Positions 10,647 to 20,188 are shown, counted from the first letter of the stretch. The stretch: DNA of 64,000 nt from Candidatus Pelethenecus sp. (GCA_045121295.1 JBGVFV010000117.1:5349-69348), one strand, 5' to 3'. Notes: a model not told the origin generated them from the letters alone. Made by a program: numbers and translations.

Positions 10647-10717
10647 GGGAAAAATACTAAATTAACCTCATTTATATATATAATAATAAGTCAAGATCAA
10701 CAGGGATAAAATAAAAA
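10644..10717. repeat. element-terminus repeat, copy 2
   Basis: Direct repeat of 8006..8080 (ATAGGGAAAAATACTAAATTAACCTCATTTATATATATAATAATA...). Confidence 0.85.
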
Positions 10718-10743
10718 GTATCAGTTTTTTAAATACTGATACT
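10708..10743 (-). terminator. Rho-independent terminator after protease gene
   Basis: Hairpin AGTATCAGT-9 nt-ACTGATACT with a minus-strand T-run, 60 nt downstream of the stop at 10805. Confidence 0.6.
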
Positions 10744-10804
10744 AGATTAATCGAAACTTTTCATACTGAAAACAGAATTTCAAAACACCTTTTTCTTAAT
10801 TATA

Positions 10805-11617
10805 TTATAAAGTAAGATTTTTGATTGTTTTTTCAAACTCAAACAACTCATATGCCTTAATATAATAACCTAAATTCATCATACTTTTCGTTTCTAAAGT
10901 CACTGATTGTTTTGTTGGTATGTCCACAACCTTGATTTCTCCATTTAAATTAATTGTTGGACCAGCGTATAAAATACCTAAAAAAATTATTCTTTGTCCT
11001 CCTAAATAAGTATTGCCATCTTTTGATGTATAACCATTTTCATTTAGAATAAAAATTGGTGATCCAGAAGAGCCTGGAAAACACGCCATATCTACTACTC
11101 CTATACCTGATTCATTAAAATCAATAGCTGGATGATTTGAAGTATAACCAGTCCTAAATAACGGTAAATTATTTTTTTTATCCCACAAACCAGTTGGATA
11201 CCCAACCATTACAACTGATTCTAATGCCGATAAAGTTTCTAATTTTTCTTTATTATAAATAATATCATTATTGATTGAGGTGTAAAAAACATTTTTACCC
11301 GTCTCTGCTTTAACTTGATTAATCAATGCTTCAATAAAAGTAAAACATAAATCTTTATTAGGATGAAAAATCCATCCACCTTCGTATTGTATTTTATAAT
11401 TTTCATCTAACAAAGTACCATTTTCATCTTTTAAATGTAAAAGGAAAGTAACTTTTTCAGATTCATTATCATTTACAACATGTTTGTTCGTTACAATTGT
11501 AGGATACTCCTTATTGTCAATATTAAATATATAAAAAAATCCAGTACCACAACTTCTATCACTTACAATTCTTACAGTACTATACATCATTTGTTCAGAT
11601 ATTGTTTTTGGTTCCAT
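10805..11617 (-). CDS. leaderless (cytoplasmic) trypsin-like serine protease (S1/Trypsin_2 type)
   Basis: 270 aa with catalytic-His context IVTNKHVV and catalytic-Ser motif CFPGSSGSPIF. There is no signal peptide. RBS AAGGAG lies upstream. Confidence 0.7.
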   Translation of the reverse strand: MEPKTISEQMMYSTVRIVSDRSCGTGFFYIFNIDNKEYPTIVTNKHVVNDNESEKVTFLLHLKDENGTLLDENYKIQYEGGWIFHPNKDLCFTFIEALINQVKAETGKNVFYTSINNDIIYNKEKLETLSALESVVMVGYPTGLWDKKNNLPLFRTGYTSNHPAIDFNESGIGVVDMACFPGSSGSPIFILNENGYTSKDGNTYLGGQRIIFLGILYAGPTINLNGEIKVVDIPTKQSVTLETKSMMNLGYYIKAYELFEFEKTIKNLTL

Positions 11618-11820
11618 TTTATTCTCCTTTTATTATCTATTAATACTCTGAGTTCATTATATCATTTTTAAATACATTTTCAAATACATGATAATTACAT
11701 TAACTTTTTAATCATTTGCATATATTTCCATTAATAATAAAAAAATATAATTGCTTAATCTATAAGGAAAATACACATTTCATCAACAAAATGAAAATAG
11801 GAATCTTCATAAGACTCCTA

Positions 11821-12222
11821 TCATTCACTTTTGCTTTCTCTTTTTTTAACAAGTTTATAATCTTGTGAAATTGGCAATTTAATCGTTTCTATTTCAGCGG
11901 TTATTCGCTCAATAACTTTTCTAAGATATGCATTTTCTAATTCTAATTCCTTTATTTGAACCATAAGGTTTTTATTAACCTTTTTATAATGAGGTTCACG
12001 TAATACATTCACTCCATCTTCTAAATAACATTTTGCTGTTTTAGGTATGATATTAATATTATAAAACTTATTTATTTTTCTTGCTGTATTTGGAGTTATA
12101 GTAATCTTACCATTTTCTAATTTTGAAATCATTGATGCACTTAATCCAACCTGACTAGCAACATAAACTAATGTCAATCCACGAGATTCTCTAAGATGCT
12201 TTAAAACTTTCCAATCATCCAA
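11821..12222 (-). CDS. XRE-family HTH protein with coiled-coil tail
   Basis: 133 aa with TTG start. HTH is GLTLVYVASQVGLSASMISKLENG; the C-terminus is heptad-like. Confidence 0.65.
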   Translation of the reverse strand: MDDWKVLKHLRESRGLTLVYVASQVGLSASMISKLENGKITITPNTARKINKFYNINIIPKTAKCYLEDGVNVLREPHYKKVNKNLMVQIKELELENAYLRKVIERITAEIETIKLPISQDYKLVKKRESKSE

Positions 12223-12224
12223 TG

Positions 12225-12665
12225 TTACTCATCCTCTTCTGCTTTGGGAAATAACCCATCAATATGTTCATGTACTTTATCCAAAAATAACTGAGCATCT
12301 GCAATAAGTTTATAAACTCTTGATAACTCTGCTAATAATACAGAATTAATTCTTTTAAGTTCTTTATTTAATACCTTATAATGATGTTCATCTAGAATAT
12401 CTTCATCCTCTACCTCTTCATTCTTATATTTCTTTTTATTTTGAGGTCCTTTTGGACGAGGAGTAGGCTTATAATCAACTTTATATGGTGATAACTCTAT
12501 ACCATATATTTCTGTTAACTTATTTGCCATAGCTGAACTTAAATTTGCATGGCCTAGTTCAACCTTACGATAATATTCATAGGTCGTTCCTATTATTGTA
12601 GCAACCTGTTCTTGAGTTAATCCCATTTCTTCTCTTCTATTTTTTAATATTTCAAAAGACTCCAT
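12225..12665 (-). CDS. XRE-family HTH protein
   Basis: 146 aa with HTH GLTQEQVATIIGTTYEYYRKVELG, a basic/acidic linker and a helical tail. Confidence 0.65.
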   Translation of the reverse strand: MESFEILKNRREEMGLTQEQVATIIGTTYEYYRKVELGHANLSSAMANKLTEIYGIELSPYKVDYKPTPRPKGPQNKKKYKNEEVEDEDILDEHHYKVLNKELKRINSVLLAELSRVYKLIADAQLFLDKVHEHIDGLFPKAEEDE

Positions 12666-12683
12666 TTTTTTCTACTTCCTTTC

Positions 12684-13082
12684 CTAGTCTACTTTATTAA
12701 TTTTAAATTCATCAAGACATATTTCTCTATCTGCAACATATGCTTCAGTTAAATCAAATTCGACTATTTTATGTTTTTCGTGAAAAACTCCTTTTACTTG
12801 ATATCTTGAGTTAGTATTCCACTTATAATGATGAAATAGCTTTCTAACAAATCTTATAGAGTTAAAAACTTTTCCCATTTTTTTAACATGTTCCGTATAT
12901 ACAATATGTAGTGAACTCCTATCACTTCTATCACTTGAAGTATAACTCACCTTGTTTTCATCAAGGTTTATTAGCAATACTATATATTTTGGATTACCTA
13001 GTAGCTCTAAAATTTTATGAGAAATCCTAAAGGTTCCAGGACCATAGCTAAATGTAGTAGTTATCTTTTTACTTATTCGCAT
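12684..13082 (-). CDS. small protein sharing a domain with the C-terminus of the 611-aa recombinase
   Basis: The ATG at 13082 is preceded by GGTGA; the track ORF starts at a TTG at 13106. The pattern IVLLINLDENKVSY...YKWNTNSRYQVKG...IVEFDLTE parallels 13069..13788 and the tail of 13781..15616. Confidence 0.5.
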   Translation of the reverse strand: MRISKKITTTFSYGPGTFRISHKILELLGNPKYIVLLINLDENKVSYTSSDRSDRSSLHIVYTEHVKKMGKVFNSIRFVRKLFHHYKWNTNSRYQVKGVFHEKHKIVEFDLTEAYVADREICLDEFKINKVD

Positions 13083-13788
13083 TATTATCACCGCTGATAA
13101 TATCAAACAATGTTGTTTGTCCAGTAGCTATATCTTCCTTTTGAACCTTTTTCTTTTTTGCCTTTCTAATTTGCTCATATTCAAGCATTTGATATCCCTT
13201 AACTATAAAATCTAAAGTCTTAGCATGTTCAATAACTGGTAATCCAAACGAATCTTTCCAATCTTGTGGATAATAAGGATTTTGTTTTTTCTTTGTACCG
13301 TCCTCATTTTTTTCAATAGGAGTATATACTTCGGTTTCTGTAAAATCAAATAGTAATAGAAACTGTCCTTCATGTTTTACTAAATTTCCTTGTAGCTTAT
13401 ATTTATAATCTGGTATCCAACCTAGTAATGAAAAAAGTTTAGCACAAAATAATCTACATAATATCTTTCTAGGAACCTTTTTTTCTTGTCGCTTGTTAAA
13501 CCTTGACCATTTTACAGCATCCTTAGCATCTGAATCACACATTTTAATTGCCATCTTTTTATCTGTTGGATTAATTAATATATGTATATAATCTGTGTCA
13601 AACTTACTAACACACGCAGTATTAAATGTTATACTATCGTATTTAAAGTTTACAGCAGCATCATATGTATGAGCATAAAATTCTCTTCTTACAACTTGAT
13701 ACCCATCATAAGAAAATTCAACTTCTTCATCAACATCGCCACCATCTTCAATGTCTTCATTTTTTAAAATAAATTCTTTCTCACTCAT
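13069..13788 (-). CDS. hypothetical protein with the same recombinase-tail-like domain
   Basis: 239 aa with RBS GGAGGG. It overlaps the recombinase stop by 8 nt. Motifs: FNTACVSKFDTDYIHILINPTDKKMAIKMCDSDAKDAVKWS...YKYKLQG...LLLFDFTE. Confidence 0.55.
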   Translation of the reverse strand: MSEKEFILKNEDIEDGGDVDEEVEFSYDGYQVVRREFYAHTYDAAVNFKYDSITFNTACVSKFDTDYIHILINPTDKKMAIKMCDSDAKDAVKWSRFNKRQEKKVPRKILCRLFCAKLFSLLGWIPDYKYKLQGNLVKHEGQFLLLFDFTETEVYTPIEKNEDGTKKKQNPYYPQDWKDSFGLPVIEHAKTLDFIVKGYQMLEYEQIRKAKKKKVQKEDIATGQTTLFDIISGDNNANK

Positions 13789-15616
13789 AAGTTCCCTCCG
13801 TTAATTTTAATAGATGCTTTTTAACAAGTTCCTTAGCTTCAGCAAGCCATTCTGTGTCATCACTTTCAATTTCAATTTCTTCAGTATTAAGATTCCACTT
13901 CTTTAATTGTTCTGTTAAATATAATCTCATTGAATATATATCTTGGTAATAATCATTACCAAAATGATTGATATAATATTCATCTAATAATGATATTAAT
14001 TTTAATCTTTTTTCTTCCTCATCATTTTCTATTTCTTCCCAATACAATGCTTCTGAATCTTTTAAATCAAACAAAACGACTGTTTTACCATTATTTTGTC
14101 TTCTAACTCCAACCATTCTATATCTATATGATTCATCCCATTCCATTTCTTTATATAAAATCCTAGAGAATCCTCCACTAGTTTTAGTAACTGGTACAAT
14201 CCTATCATTCTTTTCACTCATCCATTTAATAGCAAATGGGTCACTTGAATCACATTCAAGAATGGCTAAAAGCATTTCATTGGGTTCAAATAATAGCTTT
14301 ATATATCTAGAGTCATTCATTTTATCAATACACGCTCGATTAAAATACATTTGATTAATTTTAAACCAACACATTGGACTAGCTGTAGTGGTTCCTATAA
14401 TTTGTGAATTCACCTTTTCAAACCCTGACAAATTAAATGCTGATACTTTTCTTGAATCAATGCTTTTCACTTTAGGGAATATTATATTTCCAGCTTCATC
14501 CTTTTCATATGCAAAGCTACTAGCAAATTTATAGTTCTCTATTGTAAAGCTTGGGTAATTTACAGCCACAGGAACGAACCCTTTCAATAATCCTTCGCTA
14601 ATATATCTTAATCTTGGTATTTCAGTAAAGTTTCTATATTTTCTAGCTTTTTGAATATCTAAAGCTCTGTAGTACATATCTAAAGGTACGATAGGTTCAT
14701 GATGTTCTAATAATCTATATTTATTTCTTTGGTTAACATTCTTTACTGTTTTATGTGTTGTATAGTCTGGAGTATAAGTCTTTCGTGCAATAATCATACC
14801 TGCTCTACGTTCATTAGTAATCATATTGTTGATTACTCCAGGATTCCAATTAACATCACCTTTTTTGTTAGATTTATATCCTAAGCGAGTCATAATATCA
14901 CATATATCAGCTGGAGAATATCCGGTTACATACATCGAATAAACTAGTCTAACAATTTCAGCTTCATCTTCAACTATTGTATATCTATCTTCTTTATCGA
15001 TATCAACAGTATATCCAAATAGCTCTGGAGTTAAAAAGTTACCTCTTGAGAATCTACTTTCAATTGACCAGTTCATTATTTCACTTTTGGTATGTGATTC
15101 CTCTTGAGCAAATATGGATAGCAAGTTAAGCATAACGTCACTTGAACTATCAGCTGTATCTATATTTTCAGTTTCAAAGAATACTCGCACTGGAGGATTT
15201 AATCTTTTAAGTTGACGAATCGTATCAATACAGTCAACAACATTACGAGAAAAACGTGCAACTGCTTTTGTAACTATTAAATCAATTTTCCCTTCTTTAC
15301 AATCTCTAATCATTTTATTAAAGCCATCTCTTTTTCTTAGACTTGTACCAGAGATTCCTTCATCGCTATAGATTCCAGCATTGATCCAGTTAGGATGTTT
15401 TTCGATATATTCTTCATAATATATTCTTTGAAGTTCAAATGAAGATGCTTGTTCTACGTTATCAGTTGATACACGACAATATGCACATACTCTAAGAGTT
15501 CCTTCAGTAGACCTTAAGCTCACTGGTTCAACTGCTTGAATAACTTCAATTTCATCTTGCTTATATCCTTTTTGTCTTGCTTTTGCTCGTAAGCGAGCCT
15601 CTTCATTATTAGCCAT
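13781..15616 (-). CDS. large serine recombinase
   Basis: 611 aa with resolvase catalytic region RVCAYCRVSTDNVEQ and VARFSRN, a recombinase domain, and an extra ~190-aa C-terminal extension. Confidence 0.85.
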   Translation of the reverse strand: MANNEEARLRAKARQKGYKQDEIEVIQAVEPVSLRSTEGTLRVCAYCRVSTDNVEQASSFELQRIYYEEYIEKHPNWINAGIYSDEGISGTSLRKRDGFNKMIRDCKEGKIDLIVTKAVARFSRNVVDCIDTIRQLKRLNPPVRVFFETENIDTADSSSDVMLNLLSIFAQEESHTKSEIMNWSIESRFSRGNFLTPELFGYTVDIDKEDRYTIVEDEAEIVRLVYSMYVTGYSPADICDIMTRLGYKSNKKGDVNWNPGVINNMITNERRAGMIIARKTYTPDYTTHKTVKNVNQRNKYRLLEHHEPIVPLDMYYRALDIQKARKYRNFTEIPRLRYISEGLLKGFVPVAVNYPSFTIENYKFASSFAYEKDEAGNIIFPKVKSIDSRKVSAFNLSGFEKVNSQIIGTTTASPMCWFKINQMYFNRACIDKMNDSRYIKLLFEPNEMLLAILECDSSDPFAIKWMSEKNDRIVPVTKTSGGFSRILYKEMEWDESYRYRMVGVRRQNNGKTVVLFDLKDSEALYWEEIENDEEEKRLKLISLLDEYYINHFGNDYYQDIYSMRLYLTEQLKKWNLNTEEIEIESDDTEWLAEAKELVKKHLLKLTEGTYE

Positions 15617-15625
15617 ACATACCTC

Positions 15626-16561
15626 TTATAACTGCCAATACCAAATACCATTTTTCTTAATAGATTTGATACCTAATCTTTTCTTTATTCTGTATAATGT
15701 TCTTTCGCTAGCTAAATCACCAATCATTTCTTTGATATCAGTAAAACTTTTTTCCTCTTCTGATAGTGACTCTAATATCATATTAACTACTAAATCATTC
15801 GAACTATTAATGGTTGGTGTTTCTTCTTCATCATACTCACCAAGCCAATTTATACTTCCATCATTATTTATTCTAAATGCAATAGGATTTCCTTCTTTTG
15901 CAAGACTGTTCTTTACTTGAAATATTATTCTTATTCTAGAATCATTTTCTGACTTTTTTAAATGTAATATACTTCTAGCAATAGCACTAAAATCTACACT
16001 TCCAATTCCTCGATAAAGGTCCTTACCTCTTTCATTTTTATTTAAATGACCAACTAAAATTATTGCACAGTTTGTATCACTAGCAATTTTCGATAAGTTC
16101 TTTAATACTTGTCTAACATCAATAACATTAATTAAGGATTTACCTTTAGAAAAAAATGATTGAATAGGATCTAGAATTAATAATTTAATATTATTTTCTA
16201 AAATACAGTTTAAAAAAGAATCATCCTCTAGATTGATAATTTCATCATTTTCAATGTAAAGAATGTTGTCTTGATTAGCATTTAGCTTCTTTAATTTTGG
16301 TGAGATTGTATCTTCAGCAGAATCTTCTGCATTTTGATAAATCACCTTGTGTGGAGTTGCTATATTAAAATTGTTAATATTAAATAGGTTAATACCATTT
16401 GAAATTGTTGACGCTATAATTATTGATAAAAGACTTTTACCGTTCCCTGGATCACCTTGTAATAATGTTAGCTTTCCGTAGGCAATGTATGGATACCAAA
16501 GCCAATCAATTTCTTTAGATTTAACTGAACTATATTGTAATAGTTTAAAATTATTAGACAT
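15626..16561 (-). CDS. AAA_25/RepA-like RecA-fold ATPase
   Basis: Walker A LLQGDPGNGKS and Walker B-like LLILDPIQSF, plus VGHLNK. The ATG at 16561 has RBS GGAGGAATAGC. Confidence 0.7.
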   Translation of the reverse strand: MSNNFKLLQYSSVKSKEIDWLWYPYIAYGKLTLLQGDPGNGKSLLSIIIASTISNGINLFNINNFNIATPHKVIYQNAEDSAEDTISPKLKKLNANQDNILYIENDEIINLEDDSFLNCILENNIKLLILDPIQSFFSKGKSLINVIDVRQVLKNLSKIASDTNCAIILVGHLNKNERGKDLYRGIGSVDFSAIARSILHLKKSENDSRIRIIFQVKNSLAKEGNPIAFRINNDGSINWLGEYDEEETPTINSSNDLVVNMILESLSEEEKSFTDIKEMIGDLASERTLYRIKKRLGIKSIKKNGIWYWQL

Positions 16562-16602
16562 GCTATTCCTCCACACTGAGTCATAGATATTATAGTACTA
16601 AC

Positions 16603-16624
16603 AAAATAAAAAGCGTGAACGCTT
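16603..16624 (-). terminator. Rho-independent terminator
   Basis: Hairpin AAGCG-tgaa-CGCTT with a minus-strand T-run, after the stop at 16657. Confidence 0.55.
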
Positions 16625-16656
16625 AGGTGTAATTCGTATCACGCTATAGTATAAAT

Positions 16657-16965
16657 TTATTTCCAATCTTTTAAGCTACGAGTAAGATTTGCAATTATTA
16701 ATCTATCCCTATCATCAAGATTATTATAATCGCTTAACAATGCTAATTCATCTGGATACATAGTATCTTCACTATCAAAAAACATAGATAATGATATTTC
16801 AAATGCTTCACAAATTAATTCTATTGTTTTAAGATTAGGGACTAAATCTTTCTCATTCATTATCTTATATAAAGTAGATTGAGTAATGCCTGCTTCCATA
16901 GCAAGTTTGTTAATAGTCCAATTTTTAGCTTCTAATAATTCTTTAATTCTAGCTTGATAATTCAT
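16657..16965 (-). CDS. XRE-family transcriptional regulator
   Basis: MNYQARIKELLEAKNWTINKLAMEAGITQSTLYKIMN. The ATG at 16965 has GGAGG 6 nt upstream. Confidence 0.75.
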   Translation of the reverse strand: MNYQARIKELLEAKNWTINKLAMEAGITQSTLYKIMNEKDLVPNLKTIELICEAFEISLSMFFDSEDTMYPDELALLSDYNNLDDRDRLIIANLTRSLKDWK

Positions 16966-16991
16966 AGTTACCTCCATATACATAAATAGAT

Positions 16992-17096
16992 GTCAGTCTT
17001 GTCAGTCTTCTTTAAAAGCATTACATTAAGGCAGTTTTACCAACTTTAAGATTGCCAAAATTAAGGCTGTCATCTTTAAAATTTGGTGTCAGTCTT
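16992..17096. repeat. three copies of GTCAGTCTT (two in tandem, one 87 nt away) in the intergenic region
   Basis: Copies at 16992..17000, 17001..17009 and 17088..17096, plus TTAAGGCAGT/TTAAGGCTGT at 17026 and 17061. They lie between the stop of the 501-aa recombinase gene and the start of the XRE gene. Confidence 0.6.
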
Positions 17097-18600
17097 AGAA
17101 TTTGTATTCTATGTTATGAATTATCATTTCACCGTTTACTTTGGTAAGTACAACTTTATTAATTACTTTTTTAATTAATTCAACCTTACTTATATGCTTA
17201 ATATTCATATTAAAGATTTCCATTAAGAAATCAGATGCTTGTTTTGATGCTTGAGTCTCTTTATATTTAGAAAGCTTTAATTTATTTTCTTCTTTTGTTA
17301 AATAGTTTAAATCGTCATTTAATATTTCTAATTTTTCTTGATATTCTTCTTTAGCTAAATTTCCTTCAATATATTCTTCAAATAATGATTGAATACTATC
17401 ATCTAATTTCTTTCTTTCTAATGATAGTTCGTCCATAAACTTTTTATATTGTTTAAGGTCTATCTTTGATTCTATAATCTTTCGTTCAAATTTCTTAGGG
17501 TCAGTTTTAATCTCATTAAGATGTTTCAAAGATAATCTATAAAGAGTATCATGAATAATGTTATTATTAAAAGAAACATTACAATCGTTATGTGAATATG
17601 TAAAAGACTTACGATTTTTATTTGTGCTTGCACAATATGCTTTACCACATACTGGACAGTACAGCATCTTACTAAGTTTTTCTATGTTTAATGGTTCACC
17701 CTTATTAGTTTTTCTTGATTCTCTAATTCTTTTCACTTCTTCAAATAACTCATGGCTTATTATTGCTGGATGAGTATTCTTGATAATTAAAGGTGGATGC
17801 TTTTTATATGATGTATCACATCTTCTACGTGCATTAATAAGATTATATGCATCACCAGTATATTGCCCATTTTTTAAAATATCTCCAAGCATACTTTCAT
17901 TCCATAAAGATGAAGATTCATCTATATCTCTATTAAGATAATACCCTCTTTGTTTTTTATATAATAATGGTGTTAATATATTTCGTTCATTTAATGAATT
18001 AGCTATTTCTTTTTTAGATTTACCATTTTTATATTCGTTGAAAATAAATCTAACATTATCTACTACCTCTTCATCAATTAAGAGATTCCCATCCTTATCC
18101 TTTATATACCCATAACATCCTAAGGCTGTGATATTTGTTTCTTTAGCTTTTTTTCTAATTCTATTAAAGGTTCTTTTACTACATTCTTTAGCATAATAAT
18201 CATTTAGGAATAATCTTAATCCCATTGATTCTTCATTATTATTAGCTGCTGAATCGTATCCTTCCATTATAGAAATATATCTAATATTGTTATTGACAAA
18301 ATATTCGTCAATATATCTTCCTACACCCAACATGTTTCTTCCTAATCTTGAAACATCTTTAGTTATTACACAATTAACAATACCAGCATCTAAATCTTGT
18401 AACATTCTTTTAAATGCTGGTCTATTAAATGTTGTACCTGTATATCCGTCATCCGTATATATATTAACTAGGACCAAATTATTTTGATTACAATATGCTG
18501 TAATTATATCCATTTGATTATCGATTGAGGTTTGTTGTATTTCATCTTCACTAGATAATCTAATGTATGCAGCAACTTTTTTATTATTTATTAAGTACAT
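17095..18600 (-). CDS. large serine recombinase
   Basis: 501 aa with VAAYIRLSSEDE, VSRLGRN, a Cys-rich zinc-ribbon-like segment (CPVCGK...C) and a coiled-coil tail. Confidence 0.9.
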   Translation of the reverse strand: MYLINNKKVAAYIRLSSEDEIQQTSIDNQMDIITAYCNQNNLVLVNIYTDDGYTGTTFNRPAFKRMLQDLDAGIVNCVITKDVSRLGRNMLGVGRYIDEYFVNNNIRYISIMEGYDSAANNNEESMGLRLFLNDYYAKECSKRTFNRIRKKAKETNITALGCYGYIKDKDGNLLIDEEVVDNVRFIFNEYKNGKSKKEIANSLNERNILTPLLYKKQRGYYLNRDIDESSSLWNESMLGDILKNGQYTGDAYNLINARRRCDTSYKKHPPLIIKNTHPAIISHELFEEVKRIRESRKTNKGEPLNIEKLSKMLYCPVCGKAYCASTNKNRKSFTYSHNDCNVSFNNNIIHDTLYRLSLKHLNEIKTDPKKFERKIIESKIDLKQYKKFMDELSLERKKLDDSIQSLFEEYIEGNLAKEEYQEKLEILNDDLNYLTKEENKLKLSKYKETQASKQASDFLMEIFNMNIKHISKVELIKKVINKVVLTKVNGEMIIHNIEYKF

Positions 18601-20185
18601 TACAATTGAACTCCTCTACAAATAAATTTATATCCTTATATATAGGATTTACAGTAAGATTACTTTTACTTTTATAAACATTAATCTTATCAAATAAGCT
18701 TTGTAAATCAACAAATTCAATTTGTTCTTTTGATGCCATTAAAGATATCATTTTAAAGAATTCTTTAATTCTAAGATCTAATTCTTTATTTGATTCTTTG
18801 TTAGGTGTGGCTTTTGAATAAGTGTTCAGTTTATTTTCGATATCCTTTTGTTCTTCAGTATAATTAGACATCATTCTTTGGAATGTAGCTTTTGGTATTG
18901 TTCCATCAGCTTCTGATTCAAATAGCTTAGCAATAAGCTTATCTAATTTTAATAATCTTTGTTTTAAAACTTCTATTTCTTCAACTGGAATAGTAGCTAA
19001 TACTTCTTTTTTAGAATTACTATTTATATAATTCTTTGCATAGTTTTCAACTATCTTTTTATTATTTTTTATTAAGTCATTAAACTTAGTAATCTCAGAT
19101 TTTATAACCCCATCTAGAACATCTACTTTAATGAATGCCTTATCTTTACACTCCGGATTATGACATAAGTAATAAAAATTATTATTTCTATATTTTCTAA
19201 ATACTAATGCTTTACCACAGTTCTTACAAAAGGCAATACCTCTATACCTATTCAAATCAACTGGAGTTTGAGTTTTCACTCTTGACTCTCTAATTTTTAT
19301 AGCCTTAGCGTAAGTATCTGGATCTATTAGTGGTTCAAAAAGGCTAGGAAATACTATTCTTTCATTTGAAGAATTTATTATTGTCTTATGGTTTTTAAAT
19401 GATTGTTTACGAGTTTTTCTTAATATTAATGAACCATCATACTCGTTTTCACAAACTATTTTTTGAACCATAGCTTTATTCCATTGATATTTTTCCTTAT
19501 CCTTAAACTTGGAATATTTTGCTTGATTATAATCAAAGTGTTTGTAATACCAATATCCTGGCACATATATTTTTCTTTTAGTCAGTTCATCAGCTATTGA
19601 CCCAATTGTTTTGCCTTGAACGTATTCCTCATAAATGAATTTTACAACTCCAGCTGTTTCAATATCTGGTATTCTTCTTCTATCCTTATCATATGTATAA
19701 CCATATAATGGTAGTTTACCAGTTGGTATTATTCCTTTTTCTTGATGTAGTCTATGAGTAGTTGTAATCTTTTTAGATATGTCCTTTGCATACCATTCGT
19801 TCATGATGTTTTTAAATGGTGCAAATTCATTATCTCCTACTGATGAGTCATAGGAATCATTAATAGCAATGAATTTAACATTCTTTGCTGGAAAGTATTC
19901 TTCAAGATAATAGCCTGATTTTAAATAGTTTCTACCTAAACGTGATAAGTCCTTAACTATAACAGCATCTATAAATCCTTTTTCAACATCTGATATCATT
20001 CTTTTAAAATCAGGTCTATCGAAGTCAGTTCCGCTATAGCCGTCATCTATGTAAGTATCAAATATCTTATAGCCATTTTTAGTTGCATATTCAGTTAAAA
20101 ATTTCTTTTGAGATGCTATTGAAGAGCTTTCAATATTGTCTCCATCTTCTCTTGATAATCTACAGTAGATTGCGGCATGTTGCAT
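18584..20185 (-). CDS. large serine recombinase
   Basis: 533 aa with AAIYCRLSREDGD, DLSRLGRN, a CKNCGK...C zinc ribbon and a coiled coil. It overlaps the next recombinase gene by 17 nt. Confidence 0.9.
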   Translation of the reverse strand: MQHAAIYCRLSREDGDNIESSSIASQKKFLTEYATKNGYKIFDTYIDDGYSGTDFDRPDFKRMISDVEKGFIDAVIVKDLSRLGRNYLKSGYYLEEYFPAKNVKFIAINDSYDSSVGDNEFAPFKNIMNEWYAKDISKKITTTHRLHQEKGIIPTGKLPLYGYTYDKDRRRIPDIETAGVVKFIYEEYVQGKTIGSIADELTKRKIYVPGYWYYKHFDYNQAKYSKFKDKEKYQWNKAMVQKIVCENEYDGSLILRKTRKQSFKNHKTIINSSNERIVFPSLFEPLIDPDTYAKAIKIRESRVKTQTPVDLNRYRGIAFCKNCGKALVFRKYRNNNFYYLCHNPECKDKAFIKVDVLDGVIKSEITKFNDLIKNNKKIVENYAKNYINSNSKKEVLATIPVEEIEVLKQRLLKLDKLIAKLFESEADGTIPKATFQRMMSNYTEEQKDIENKLNTYSKATPNKESNKELDLRIKEFFKMISLMASKEQIEFVDLQSLFDKINVYKSKSNLTVNPIYKDINLFVEEFNCNVLNK

Positions 20186-20188
20186 AGC

